Assembly (NCBI GenBank): GCA_963667775.1
Contig: OY764015.1
Location: 945,168 to 1,009,167 of the forward strand
Direction of reading: 5' to 3'
Source of the DNA: an uncultured Trichococcus sp.
GTDB lineage: Bacteria; Bacillota; Bacilli; Lactobacillales; Aerococcaceae
DNA: 64,000 bases
The notes below the pieces were generated by a model. That model was not told the origin of the DNA, made no database searches, and saw nothing but the letters and a program-made list of their open reading frames with translations. The translations under genes and the position numbers were made by a program. Below are positions 19,660-29,003 of the stretch, one piece after another. Position 1 is the first letter of the stretch; each line of letters begins with the position of its first letter.

Positions 19660-19817
19660 GTAACTATTCCTCCTAAAAGTCTGCGGCAACCGATTGGCTA
19701 GGTCCCTTAATTCCTTCGCCTTTCGGCTAAGAAATTAATCCTTGACTCTATATTTTTTGAAAGCGTAATACTGCATATAATCATTTTAACATTTTTGCTT
19801 AAAATCGTCTAGTATTG

Positions 19818-20510
19818 TTAATCCAATGTTTGTAAGGGTTTTATAGTCGCTTCGATAATGCTGAGAATTCGCTTCACCACTTCGTCGATATCCAGATGTG
19901 TAGAATCCAAAATGATGGCGTCGTCCGCTTTTTTCAACGGTGAAATCTTCCGGGTGCTGTCCAAATGGTCGCGGCGTTTCATATCTTCCGTCAACTCTTC
20001 CAAAGAAGCGCTCATACCCTTTGCAGTGTTCTCTTTGTAGCGTCGCAGTGCGCGTTCTTCGGCTGTCGCTGTCATGAAGATCTTGACTTCTGCATCTGGC
20101 AATACGACAGTACCGATGTCCCTTCCATCCATTACCACGCCACCTGATTGTGCGATGCTCTTTTGACGGGCAACCATTTCTTCACGCACTTTGGCAAATG
20201 ATGCAACCAAGGAGACGTTTTGGGTCACTTCATCCGATCTGATCAATTCGGTCACGTCCTCATCATTCAGAAAAACATGCTGCATTTCATTTCCCGCAGT
20301 CGAAAAGCTGATCCTGATCCCTTGCAACAATTTATTCAGTGCCTCTTCATCATGGAGATCGCCTCCGGTGGATAAAGCCGCATAAGTCAACGTTCGGTAC
20401 ATCGCGCCTGTGTCCAGATAGATGTATCCCAACTTTTCCGCAACTTTCTTTGCGATGGTGCTCTTTCCTGCTGATGCTGGACCATCGATGGCAATATTCA
20501 TTTTTTTCAC
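19818..20510 (-). CDS. cmk: Cytidylate kinase
   Basis: IAIDGPASAGKST P-loop and the YLDTGAMYR motif. GTG start 5 nt after the GGAGGG SD. Confidence 0.9.
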   Translation of the reverse strand: MKKMNIAIDGPASAGKSTIAKKVAEKLGYIYLDTGAMYRTLTYAALSTGGDLHDEEALNKLLQGIRISFSTAGNEMQHVFLNDEDVTELIRSDEVTQNVSLVASFAKVREEMVARQKSIAQSGGVVMDGRDIGTVVLPDAEVKIFMTATAEERALRRYKENTAKGMSASLEELTEDMKRRDHLDSTRKISPLKKADDAIILDSTHLDIDEVVKRILSIIEATIKPLQTLD

Positions 20511-20545
20511 AATAACCCTCCAACTTCATTCTGTACGATTTCATC

Positions 20546-20570
20546 GAAAAAGCCGCCTTATCAGACGGCT
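20546..20570 (-). terminator. Probable intrinsic terminator after the LysM gene
   Basis: Short stem AGCCG..CGGCT followed by T5 on the minus strand. Confidence 0.5.
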
Positions 20571-20574
20571 TTCA

Positions 20575-21165
20575 TTATTTAACGTTCAACACCATACCGA
20601 TTTGTGCTTCTGTGCTGACCAACCCGTTAGCCTGCATCAATTCATCCAAAGTCATCCCATGGTTCAAAGCGATCCGGTAAAGGTTGTCACCCGCTTTGAT
20701 TGTGTAGGAATTATTGTATGTGCCGGTTGCCGTTTCCGGTTCTTTGATTGTCTCAACCGGCGTTTCGACCACTACAGGGGCAATGCTGGAACTTGGGACT
20801 TCCACAATCGCCGATTCCGGTTCTGTGACGCTCTCAACGACTTCACTGGATGATTCGGCCTCTTCGGAAGACGTTTCTTCACTGCTCTCGACACTGGAGC
20901 TGGCTACTCTTTTATTGATCATCACTTGCTCAGCACTCTTAGGTGCGGGAGTATTTTGATTCTGTTTATTTAAATAGATGGTTGCAAAAGGAATGATCAG
21001 AATAGCCAAAAAGAGAAACAGCAATACTTTTAATAGAGGTGCTACTTCTTTATTTTTTGTATTTCTGGCCGAACGCGAATATTGTCGGCTCTTCAGATTT
21101 TCATCTTCGCCGAACTTACGTGACCAAGGCTCTCCATTATTGCGATTGCGATTCTTTTTATCCAT
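20575..21165 (-). CDS. Membrane-anchored LysM-domain protein (YpbE-like)
   Basis: Basic N-terminus, one TM segment, a Ser/Glu-rich linker and a C-terminal LysM (YTIKAGDNLYRIALNHGMTLDELMQANGL). AGGAGG SD. Confidence 0.75.
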   Translation of the reverse strand: MDKKNRNRNNGEPWSRKFGEDENLKSRQYSRSARNTKNKEVAPLLKVLLFLFLAILIIPFATIYLNKQNQNTPAPKSAEQVMINKRVASSSVESSEETSSEEAESSSEVVESVTEPESAIVEVPSSSIAPVVVETPVETIKEPETATGTYNNSYTIKAGDNLYRIALNHGMTLDELMQANGLVSTEAQIGMVLNVK

Positions 21166-21230
21166 TCGGGTTCCTCCTATAAGTGATTCATGCTAATTGT
21201 AGCACATTTCCGCAAATTTTGGGTTAAATT

Positions 21231-22682
21231 TTATAAAAGAAAAAGGTCGGACACGATTTTTTCCCAATGCTCCGCCCCTCTCGTTGGAAGCGCCTTCCTT
21301 GACCATGCTTCTCCCGCTAAAGGTTCGTCCTCTTTCCCGCAACTGTCACAGCAATAGTCAGGTTTGACGAGGCAGCTTTTCCCGAAATAGGCGGAGATGT
21401 ACTCACGCTTGCAATCTTCCGTTTCAGCGAATCCCTTCATACTCTTCAGCAAGTTCCTCTTGAGATCATGGCGGTTCGAGATAAATTGCTTCGCTTCCTC
21501 TTTTGTTAGTCGCTGCCGAAGTATATGCAGCAGTAACGTTTGCTCGGTCGGACCCCCGTAATCGGGATTGATCGCCCGATTCTTGACAACACTTTCAATC
21601 ACATAATCATTCGGAAAATCGCTTTGCAGCATCTTCACTTTAAAATTGAAGTCTGTTTCCGAATACAAGAGGACTGCTATGCTCTGCTGGCCGTCCCGCC
21701 CGGCTCTCCCGATCTCCTGAACATATTCCTCAAGCGAATTCGGCATGTGATAATGGATCACATAACGGATGTTCGGTTTATTGATCCCCATTCCGAATGC
21801 GCTTGTGGCACAAATGACGTCCAACTCATCCCGAAGGAATTGATGCTGAATGGTGATCCTGTCTTCGTTCATCCGGTCGGCATGATAGGATTCCGCGCGT
21901 AAGTCTGTTTTTTTTCGGATCATGAAAGCCACCGCATCAGCTTGTGCCTTACTGGAAAAGTAAATGATACCCGGGTGTGGATATTTCCCCAAAAGCTCCA
22001 GGAGGTACTCATTTTTCGAATCTGGAGGCACTGCTGCGACCTTATAATAAATATTGGCACGGTCGACCGCTCCTTCAAATACGTTCAAAGCATTTCCATC
22101 GATATGCAAGGATCCGATGATGTCAGCCATCACGGCCGGCGTCGCTGTGGCGGTGAGAGCCAATGTCAATGGATTGCCCAATTCTTGCCTAGCTGCCCCC
22201 AGAAAAAGATAATCGGATCGGAAATCCAACCCCCATTGGGAGATGCAATGCGCTTCGTCGACCACAAACAAAGCAAGCGGGATCTGCTTGAGTCTATTCA
22301 TTACAACTTGGTTCTGCAGCATCTCGGGAGAAAGGAACAAAAACTTGATTCGATCCAACTTGCTCAGTAATCTTTGCCTTTCTTCGAACTGCAGCATGCT
22401 GTTCAATGAGGCCGTCCTTTTTTCACCCATATATTTCAGTTGGGCCACTTGGTCTTCCATCAAAGACAAAAGGGGCGAAACGATAACGATAATCCCCTCC
22501 AAAAGATAGCCGCTCAGCTGGTATATCAACGATTTCCCGGTTCCGGTCGGCAAAGTGGCCAGCGTATGTTTGCCCGCCAAAACAGATTGGATGGGCTCCA
22601 ATTGACCGGCTTTGAATGCCGAGTAGCCGAAGTAGTTCTGAAGTTCTGATTTCAATTGTGCCTCATCCATATTTAGCCGCAA
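21231..22682 (-). CDS. recQ: RecQ-family ATP-dependent DNA helicase, short form (RecS-like)
   Basis: Walker A LPTGTGKS, DEAH box VVDEAHCISQWG and a C-terminal Cys cluster (CKRE..CCDSC). The start may instead be the ATG at 22670. It overlaps the ypbB-like stop. Confidence 0.85.
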   Translation of the reverse strand: MRLNMDEAQLKSELQNYFGYSAFKAGQLEPIQSVLAGKHTLATLPTGTGKSLIYQLSGYLLEGIIVIVSPLLSLMEDQVAQLKYMGEKRTASLNSMLQFEERQRLLSKLDRIKFLFLSPEMLQNQVVMNRLKQIPLALFVVDEAHCISQWGLDFRSDYLFLGAARQELGNPLTLALTATATPAVMADIIGSLHIDGNALNVFEGAVDRANIYYKVAAVPPDSKNEYLLELLGKYPHPGIIYFSSKAQADAVAFMIRKKTDLRAESYHADRMNEDRITIQHQFLRDELDVICATSAFGMGINKPNIRYVIHYHMPNSLEEYVQEIGRAGRDGQQSIAVLLYSETDFNFKVKMLQSDFPNDYVIESVVKNRAINPDYGGPTEQTLLLHILRQRLTKEEAKQFISNRHDLKRNLLKSMKGFAETEDCKREYISAYFGKSCLVKPDYCCDSCGKEDEPLAGEAWSRKALPTRGAEHWEKIVSDLFLL

Positions 22683-23736
22683 CCTCGCTTCTTATTTGTA
22701 TCAACCGGGACTCGAAAAAGTTTATTTCGGAAAATACTTTTTGGATTTCCCTGTAATCGACACGAACTTCGTGCTCCAAAAGCTGTTGCAGATACTGCAT
22801 TTTCTCCCTGTCCAAAAATTCTTTCGTCGGGAATTCGGGATAGATCAGGGCGATTTCAGCAAAGTGATCTTGGATCGTGCTCTGTTTCAGTCCCCGCATC
22901 GAAATGATTTCATTCATGGCATGCCCGTTCATGAAATAACGCATCGTCGTTTCCGCGCTTGCGGAAGCTAAGCCATTTTCATTTATCGTCATGAACACGA
23001 CCGAAGAAAGGACTGGATACTTTTCCGGTTCTTTTTCCAATGCATCGTACAAGCTCAGCCAAATTTGGTGCAGCAGTATTTTCACCTCTGCTTCATCCAA
23101 CAAAAACAGTTCAGCCATTTGACCGGTTGTTTTCCTCAGGTGGTCATTACCTTCAAATTGAAGCGCAAAGAGCCCGGCATCCCTTTCAGGCATACACGAC
23201 AGAAAGGAATGCCATTCCTTTCCACAGCTTTTCGCAAAAGACGCTTTGTCTCCTGAATGATTTGCCAACAAGCGCTTCATCCAAATCTGTTCTTTTGCTT
23301 CCCTTTCGATGGGGTAGTAGTGTTTATTTTTATGCAGTATTTCGGAAAGGATTTGGATCAGAAACAGCAACCGACGACGCAAAATGCCCTGAACGATAGC
23401 ATATTCCATTTGGTTTGCCAAGGAGAAATGCGCGTGATCGCTAAAGAAAGCAGTTTTTGTTTCGTAGCCTGTTTCCGTAAGAAGAAAACCTTCACCATCA
23501 TTGCCGATTATCAAACCATCCGAAACTAACCGCTCCAATCCTTTTTTCAACACTGTCGGTTTCATGCCCGGCATGACACTGAAATAGGCTTCCAGATCAT
23601 ATTGGCGGCACTGGAGCATAGTGGACACGGTCCGTTTTCCGATCAGGATATAAAAAAGCGTCGCTTCCTTGATGGGGCGCTCGGTTGAAATGCAATCCAA
23701 AAAAAGATACTCTATATAGGTCAGATCTTTCATCAT
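22663..23736 (-). CDS. ypbB: YpbB-like helix-turn-helix protein, RecS partner
   Basis: 357 aa, translationally overlapping the downstream recQ/recS homolog, as in the B. subtilis ypbB-recS pair. The C-terminal part is HTH-like. Confidence 0.7.
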   Translation of the reverse strand: MMKDLTYIEYLFLDCISTERPIKEATLFYILIGKRTVSTMLQCRQYDLEAYFSVMPGMKPTVLKKGLERLVSDGLIIGNDGEGFLLTETGYETKTAFFSDHAHFSLANQMEYAIVQGILRRRLLFLIQILSEILHKNKHYYPIEREAKEQIWMKRLLANHSGDKASFAKSCGKEWHSFLSCMPERDAGLFALQFEGNDHLRKTTGQMAELFLLDEAEVKILLHQIWLSLYDALEKEPEKYPVLSSVVFMTINENGLASASAETTMRYFMNGHAMNEIISMRGLKQSTIQDHFAEIALIYPEFPTKEFLDREKMQYLQQLLEHEVRVDYREIQKVFSEINFFESRLIQIRSEVAAKYG

Positions 23737-23773
23737 ATCACCACCAAATTTTTGTAAAGAAGGTACTTCTGTT

Positions 23774-24010
23774 ATGTATTATACCAAAGTAAACCAGGAT
23801 AGCTGCATCGCTTGTGGACTTTGCCAAATAATTTCACCAGATCTCTTTGATTACACTTCCGAAGGGATAGCTTTCACCAAAAAGGATTTGAATGCAGGAA
23901 ATGTGCCGGTACCCGCCGAATGCTTTGACGCCTTTTTGGAGGCCTACCGCAAATGCCCAACCGGTGCCATATTGCGTTCCGATCGACCTTTCCCTTCAGA
24001 AGAGCAGTGA
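23774..24010 (+). CDS. fer: 4Fe-4S ferredoxin
   Basis: 78 aa with CIACGLC...C and a distal CP motif (KCPTGA). Confidence 0.85.
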   Translation: MYYTKVNQDSCIACGLCQIISPDLFDYTSEGIAFTKKDLNAGNVPVPAECFDAFLEAYRKCPTGAILRSDRPFPSEEQ

Positions 24011-24041
24011 TTGTGTTCGAGCCGTTGCTCAGGTACACTCC

Positions 24042-24095
24042 AAAAGAGGCTGCACCCGCAATCATTACTGATTCGGGTGCAGCCTCTTGTTTTTG
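24042..24095. terminator. Bidirectional intrinsic terminator between fer and ribU
   Basis: Perfect 15-16 bp stem AAGAGGCTGCACCCG...CGGGTGCAGCCTCTT, flanked by an A-run and a T-run. Confidence 0.85.
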
Positions 24096-24123
24096 AAAAG
24101 AATAAATCGTGAACCGCAAGTTT

Positions 24124-24696
24124 TTACTGAGCAAACGGAACTTTATTCTGAGCCAACCAAGGCTTCAGCTTTGGCATCACCAAGAGGATGACCGCACTGA
24201 CGACAAGGCCTTTGATGATATTGAAAGGCAAGATGCCAGCCAATACCAATTCTTTGACGGAACCCATCTCAAAGTTCAACAAATACATATATAAAGGGGT
24301 GATGATGACCCAATTGGCTACCGATAAGACAACCGTCAAAACCAAAGTGCCCGTCAACAAAGCCAAGATGACGCCTGTTTTCGTCTTCGCTTTTTTCAAT
24401 AGGTAATAGACAGGCAATGTGTAAGAGAGAGTCGCCAGGAGACTAGCGAAGTCACCGATAGGATAGCCCATGTCCCCGCCTGTTTGAATATAGTGCAAAA
24501 CGGATCGGATGACAGCGGAGATGATCCCGCCGGCTGGTCCGTAAAGGAATAGCGATAGCAAAATCGGCAAATCGCTGAAGTCGATCTTCAGATAAGAAAA
24601 GGCTGGAATAACCGGAAAAGCGATAAACATCAGCACGAACGCCAATGCCCCAAATAGTGAAATACCGACCAATCTTTTTGTTTTATTTTGTTGCAT
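24124..24696 (-). CDS. ribU: ECF-transporter S component for riboflavin (RibU/FmnP-like)
   Basis: Six-TM, 190 aa protein with LKIDFSDLPILL..FLYGPAGG and GDFA motifs like RibU/YpaA. It is directly preceded by an FMN riboswitch. Confidence 0.8.
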   Translation of the reverse strand: MQQNKTKRLVGISLFGALAFVLMFIAFPVIPAFSYLKIDFSDLPILLSLFLYGPAGGIISAVIRSVLHYIQTGGDMGYPIGDFASLLATLSYTLPVYYLLKKAKTKTGVILALLTGTLVLTVVLSVANWVIITPLYMYLLNFEMGSVKELVLAGILPFNIIKGLVVSAVILLVMPKLKPWLAQNKVPFAQ

Positions 24697-24747
24697 GTTA
24701 ATGAATCCTCCCTGTTGACTGTCTCAGAGATGGGTTTCTCCAAATAT

Positions 24748-24950
24748 AAAAAAAGCCCTATCTTTATCATCCTCAAATGGATACATAAAAATAGAGCCTT
24801 TGAAATTGCAATCCAAAGAAACCCCATCTTCTTCCATCCAGACTTTACTGTCGGTACTGGAATTACACCAGTTCAGCCCGCAATGAACCATTGCGAGGTC
24901 GTGGACTTTCACCACCGGTCGGGAATTTCACCCTGCCCTGAAGACGAATC
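24748..24950 (-). promoter_or_regulatory. FMN riboswitch (RFN element) with a terminator expression platform
   Basis: Reverse strand reads CAGGGCAGGGTGAAATTCCCGACCGGTGGT..AGTCCACGACC..CTGGTGTAATTCCAGTACCGACAGTAAAGTCTGGATGGAAGAAG, which matches the conserved RFN core. It is followed by the hairpin GCTCTATTTTTAT...ATAAAGATAGGGC and T7 (24748-24798). Confidence 0.9.
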
Positions 24951-24975
24951 TTATTTATATTTTTGTTATATACAG

Positions 24976-25004
24976 ACTATAAGTGATACATACGCTCTTG
25001 TCAA
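24976..25004 (-). promoter_or_regulatory. Sigma-A promoter driving the FMN riboswitch and ribU
   Basis: Consensus TTGACA, 17 nt spacer, TATAGT on the minus strand, about 20 nt upstream of the riboswitch 5' end. Confidence 0.7.
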
Positions 25005-25060
25005 GTCAGATTGTAACGGTTTCGAGATATTTTTTTTAGAGTATTATCCGACTGCTTTTC

Positions 25061-26860
25061 TCAAACCGCTCGAAACGGGAAACGGACCAAGAATGTCGTC
25101 CCTATACCCGGTTCACTATGGACCTCAATTTCCCCATCGTGCGCTTCCACGATTGTCTTCACGATCGAAAGCCCGATACCGGTCCCTTTTTGCTTCGAGT
25201 ATGTCCGCGATTTATCATTTTTGTAGAAACGCTCGAAGATGAACGGCAAACTTTCCGCTTGAATGCCGATTCCGTTATCGCTGATTTCAAAAACTAACTT
25301 ATCCAACATATCATCCAAACGGACGGTTATATGGATGAATTTTTGCCTGCGTGTGCCGGTTTCGGCTGAATAACGTACCGCATTATCGATCAGATTATAG
25401 AATACCTGATTCATTTTTTCTTCATCGAAGGAATAGGTTTTGATGCCATCAGCCAGTTCATAAGTGAATTGGATGGCTGCTTCTTTGAAACTGTTCTCGA
25501 ACCTGCCTGTCAAATGGTCGAAGAATGCCGCGAGATCGACGGTTTGCCGATTCAAGTCGATGTACCCCGCTTGCATGCGCGACAGATCCAGAAGATTGTT
25601 CACCATTTTGTTCATCTCGGTCGTTTCATCCAAAATGATTTGAGCCATTTCAATTTTCTCGTCATTGCTTTCAGCGATATTGTCGATGATGGCTTCGCTG
25701 TAACCTTTGATCATCTGTAACGGCGTCCTCAAATCATGGGATACATTCGTGATGAAATCACCGCGGATGATGTCCAACTGCCGTTCATTCGTTACATCCT
25801 GCAGCACAATCAGGACGCCAGCAGTTTTTTGAAGATCTGCCTGGATGACCGGAGTCACTTTTACATTATAGTACCGCTGAGACCAACTGAGATCCGCTTC
25901 TGTCCCGGCTGTTGTTTTGAAGGCGTGCTCGACCATTTCCTTGAACTGATGCGGTATCGCCCTAGCTTCCGCATCCGGATCCACCCTTCGCCAAAAATCC
26001 AAAAACTCTTGGCCCGGTCCGTTGACTAACTTCAAGTGAAAGTTTTGGTCAAAATAAAGGATCCCTGTCGGCAAGGAATCGAACAGATGATTCAACAGTT
26101 CGCGTTCTTCCCTGTTCATCAGCATCGTGGCTTGGAGGGTCTTTCCCAGCTTATTCATGGCGGTACCCAGTCCGGATATCTCGTCGTAGGATTCGAACGT
26201 GATTCTCTTGGAGAAATCATTCCGTGAGTATTTGAAGGCGATATCCGTCATAACCTCCAACGGTTCAGAAACATTCCTGATGAGATGCTGATAATAGATG
26301 ATGGTCCCCATCAGATAGACGGTCAACAACAACAACGTGATGCTTTTTGCGTTCAGATCATAAGCCTGAAATTCATCCAAATCGTAACCGATGACGAGCA
26401 TTCCGGGTTGTCCCTGCAATTCAAAAGAGTGAACGAAAACCATCAAAAGCAAAGGGTTATTATCTTCGTCTTCTATGGTGATTCTGCTGAAATCATCCTC
26501 GTTGCTGTCGATCGCATCCAGAACTTGATCATCCGCCAAAATATTCTTCAGAAGCATTTCGGACTGCCCTTTCAGATCCGGATTTTGCACGACGAAACGG
26601 CTCTGATTCCCTATTTTGATATAATAGGGCAATTCCGGATCCAAAGACTGCGCAGTACCCGCTTGTCTGAGATAAGCTTCAGGGGAACTCATAATCGTAT
26701 CCTTGTACGCGGTGATTTTCTCCTGCAGCATTTTGTTATAGGTGTCTTCGATTGAGTTCACACTGATGATTGCGTGGCCGATATACATCAAAGTCATGAT
26801 GGCTATAGTCAAAAAAGTCAATAGAACCCATGATTTGAGGAATATGCTCGTCCTTCTCAT
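25061..26860 (-). CDS. resE: Sensor histidine kinase, ResE/SrrB-like
   Basis: Two TM segments flank an extracytoplasmic domain, followed by HAMP and PAS. H-box SHDLRTPL and G-boxes (DNGIGI, GTGIGLSIV) are present. Overlaps the regulator stop by 4 nt. Confidence 0.8.
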   Translation of the reverse strand: MRRTSIFLKSWVLLTFLTIAIMTLMYIGHAIISVNSIEDTYNKMLQEKITAYKDTIMSSPEAYLRQAGTAQSLDPELPYYIKIGNQSRFVVQNPDLKGQSEMLLKNILADDQVLDAIDSNEDDFSRITIEDEDNNPLLLMVFVHSFELQGQPGMLVIGYDLDEFQAYDLNAKSITLLLLTVYLMGTIIYYQHLIRNVSEPLEVMTDIAFKYSRNDFSKRITFESYDEISGLGTAMNKLGKTLQATMLMNREERELLNHLFDSLPTGILYFDQNFHLKLVNGPGQEFLDFWRRVDPDAEARAIPHQFKEMVEHAFKTTAGTEADLSWSQRYYNVKVTPVIQADLQKTAGVLIVLQDVTNERQLDIIRGDFITNVSHDLRTPLQMIKGYSEAIIDNIAESNDEKIEMAQIILDETTEMNKMVNNLLDLSRMQAGYIDLNRQTVDLAAFFDHLTGRFENSFKEAAIQFTYELADGIKTYSFDEEKMNQVFYNLIDNAVRYSAETGTRRQKFIHITVRLDDMLDKLVFEISDNGIGIQAESLPFIFERFYKNDKSRTYSKQKGTGIGLSIVKTIVEAHDGEIEVHSEPGIGTTFLVRFPFRAV

Positions 26861-27579
26861 TGCTTATCGTCTGCTGCTTGGTCATCATTCGGGGAGAATT
26901 TATAACCCATCCCCCAAACGGTCACTATCATTTTTGAAACAGGTTTCGATTGCTTCAACAGTTTTTCCCGTAACCGCTTGACGTGCGTGTCGACCGTACG
27001 CAGATCACCAAAAAATTCGTATTTCCAGACTTCTTTCAACAGGACTTCCCTTGTGAAAATTTTCTCCGGCGACTTTGAAAGATAAAGCAACAATTCAAAT
27101 TCTTTGGGTGTTAAATTAATGGCCACCTCGTCAACCAGCACTTTTCGGGCATCCGGAAAAATCTTCAGCATCGGATATTCAATTGTACTTGATTCCGATT
27201 CCGACGGTTTCGTCCGCTTCAGTATGGCTGCAACCCGCAACATGACTTCCCTTGGGCTGAACGGCTTCACAATGTAGTCGTCCGCTCCGGACAAGAATCC
27301 TTCTACGCGATTGTTCTCTTCTCCGCGGGCAGTGATCATCATGATCGGTATTTCTTTTTCTTTGCGGACAATTTTGGCTACTTCAATGCCGGTCATGCCA
27401 GGAAGCATGATATCCAACAAAACCAAATCGTAATGGTTATTCAGGATCATCTCTACTGCGGCTGTTCCATCCTCTGCCTCGGCTGTTTCGTAGCCATCCT
27501 TTTCCAGATAGAGTTTCAGCAGTCTTCGGATGCGCTCTTCGTCATCCACAATCAATATTTTCCCGCTGGAATTTGTCAT
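26857..27579 (-). CDS. resD: OmpR-family response regulator, ResD/SrrA-like
   Basis: Receiver domain (ILIVDDEE, DLVLLDIMLPGMTG, K) plus a winged-helix output domain (VWGMGYKF). ATG at 27579 follows a GAGAGGA SD; the track start is 20 codons upstream. Confidence 0.85.
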   Translation of the reverse strand: MTNSSGKILIVDDEERIRRLLKLYLEKDGYETAEAEDGTAAVEMILNNHYDLVLLDIMLPGMTGIEVAKIVRKEKEIPIMMITARGEENNRVEGFLSGADDYIVKPFSPREVMLRVAAILKRTKPSESESSTIEYPMLKIFPDARKVLVDEVAINLTPKEFELLLYLSKSPEKIFTREVLLKEVWKYEFFGDLRTVDTHVKRLREKLLKQSKPVSKMIVTVWGMGYKFSPNDDQAADDKQ

Positions 27580-27610
27580 CGTGATCATCCTCTCTGATTC
27601 GATAAGAAAA

Positions 27611-28348
27611 CTACCTTTTTGATGCCTTTTCGTTCGCAAGAGCCATATTCTTCAGCTTCTCGATTTCAAACGCCTTCAGCTCTCGGTGTTGCCCCGGCTT
27701 CAGATCACCAAGCGTAAGGAACCCGAATGATTCCCTTTTCAGTTTTTCAACGGGACAACCAATTTTTTCGAACATTTTTTTGACTTGATGGTTCCAGCCT
27801 TCATGGATCGTCAATTCAATGATTGCTGTATTTTTTTGGGAATTGGCAGAAATCAACTTAGCTCTCGCTTTCGCTGTTTTTTTGCCGTCGATCACGATCC
27901 CATTCTCCAATTTGTTCAAATCGGAACGCGTAGGGATACAGCCGACCTTAGCGACATAGGTTTTGTCGATGTGGTATTTGGGATGGGTCAGCAGGTTCGC
28001 AAACTCACCATCATTGGTCAAAAGCAGCAGCCCAGTCGTATCATAGTCCAATCTGCCGATCGGATAGATCCGCTCTTTCACATTGAAGAAGTCAGTGACG
28101 ACAGTGCGATCTTTGTCGTCCTTCACAGATGAGAGGGTATTCTTTGGTTTGTAGAACAAGTAATAAACCGGCTGTTCACGATAAATCGGTAAGCCGTTCA
28201 CTTCCACTCTGTCACTTTTTGAAACTTTGACCCCTAATTCCGTTACCTTATTCCCGTTTACGCTTACTGCACCAGAAGTGATCAGTTCTTCGGCTTTCCG
28301 CCGTGACGCTATTCCAGCATGAGCAATAACTTTCTGTAATCTTTCCAT
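27611..28348 (-). CDS. rluB: 23S rRNA pseudouridine synthase RluB
   Basis: S4 domain (RLQKVIAHAGIASRR) and the RsuA/RluB catalytic motif GRLDYDTTGLLLLTNDG. Confidence 0.88.
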   Translation of the reverse strand: MERLQKVIAHAGIASRRKAEELITSGAVSVNGNKVTELGVKVSKSDRVEVNGLPIYREQPVYYLFYKPKNTLSSVKDDKDRTVVTDFFNVKERIYPIGRLDYDTTGLLLLTNDGEFANLLTHPKYHIDKTYVAKVGCIPTRSDLNKLENGIVIDGKKTAKARAKLISANSQKNTAIIELTIHEGWNHQVKKMFEKIGCPVEKLKRESFGFLTLGDLKPGQHRELKAFEIEKLKNMALANEKASKR

Positions 28349-28388
28349 TTATTCACCTATTATTCTTATTTGTTTTTGTCGATCATTC

Positions 28389-29003
28389 TTATTCCGGTAT
28401 GATGGAATCTGTATTAAAAAAAGCAAGTTGGTTATCTGTGTCTTCGTCCGCAGGAAAATCAAAAAGATCGAAGGATTCATTATCCTGCATTTGAAATAAC
28501 TCCTCCACATTCGGAAGATCATCAATTGTCGTCAGTCCGAAGTAATTCATGAAATAATCGGTTGTACCGTAAATGATCGGCCTACCCGGCGTTTCGGAAC
28601 GTCCAATTTCCTTTATTAGCCCTCTCAGCAACAGCCTTTGGACCAGCCCGGCTGACTGCACACCGCGAATCTGATCGATTTCCATCCGCGTCAATGGTTG
28701 CTTGTATGCGATAATCGCCAGCGTTTCCAGGGCAGCTTGTGATAAGTGCGTCGCGAATGGGGAAACAGCGTACATTTTGATGAGTTCTGCATACTCTCTT
28801 TTTGTGGCGAGTTGGTATCTTTTGCGGGTTTCGATAAGCGTCAAACCGGAGTGGATGTTGTCATTATGACTAGCTCGCATCTCGACCAACAAATTTTGTG
28901 CTTCCAATGCGGTGATCTCCAACAAAGAGGTGATTTCATCCATGCTCAAGCCATCATCCCCTGCCACAAACAACAGACTTTCCAGTGCCCCTTTTTTATT
29001 CAT
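28389..29003 (-). CDS. scpB: Segregation and condensation protein B
   Basis: ALESLLFVAGDDGLS N-terminus and YGTT..F...FGL motifs. Overlaps scpA. Confidence 0.9.
   Translation of the reverse strand: MNKKGALESLLFVAGDDGLSMDEITSLLEITALEAQNLLVEMRASHNDNIHSGLTLIETRKRYQLATKREYAELIKMYAVSPFATHLSQAALETLAIIAYKQPLTRMEIDQIRGVQSAGLVQRLLLRGLIKEIGRSETPGRPIIYGTTDYFMNYFGLTTIDDLPNVEELFQMQDNESFDLFDFPADEDTDNQLAFFNTDSIIPE

Noticed and set aside
19690-19817. Hairpin TTAATTCCTT..GCC-TTTC-GGC..AAGAAATTAA between cmk and rpsA as a possible riboswitch or autoregulatory leader
   Set aside because: It is a simple AT-rich stem with no match to any regulatory RNA class I know and no U-tract. I cannot distinguish a cmk 3' structure from an rpsA leader element using sequence alone.
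24688-25242. 184 aa plus-strand ORF spanning the ribU upstream region and the 3' end of the kinase gene
   Set aside because: The region is explained on the opposite strand by the promoter, the FMN riboswitch and the histidine kinase C-terminus. No SD is present.
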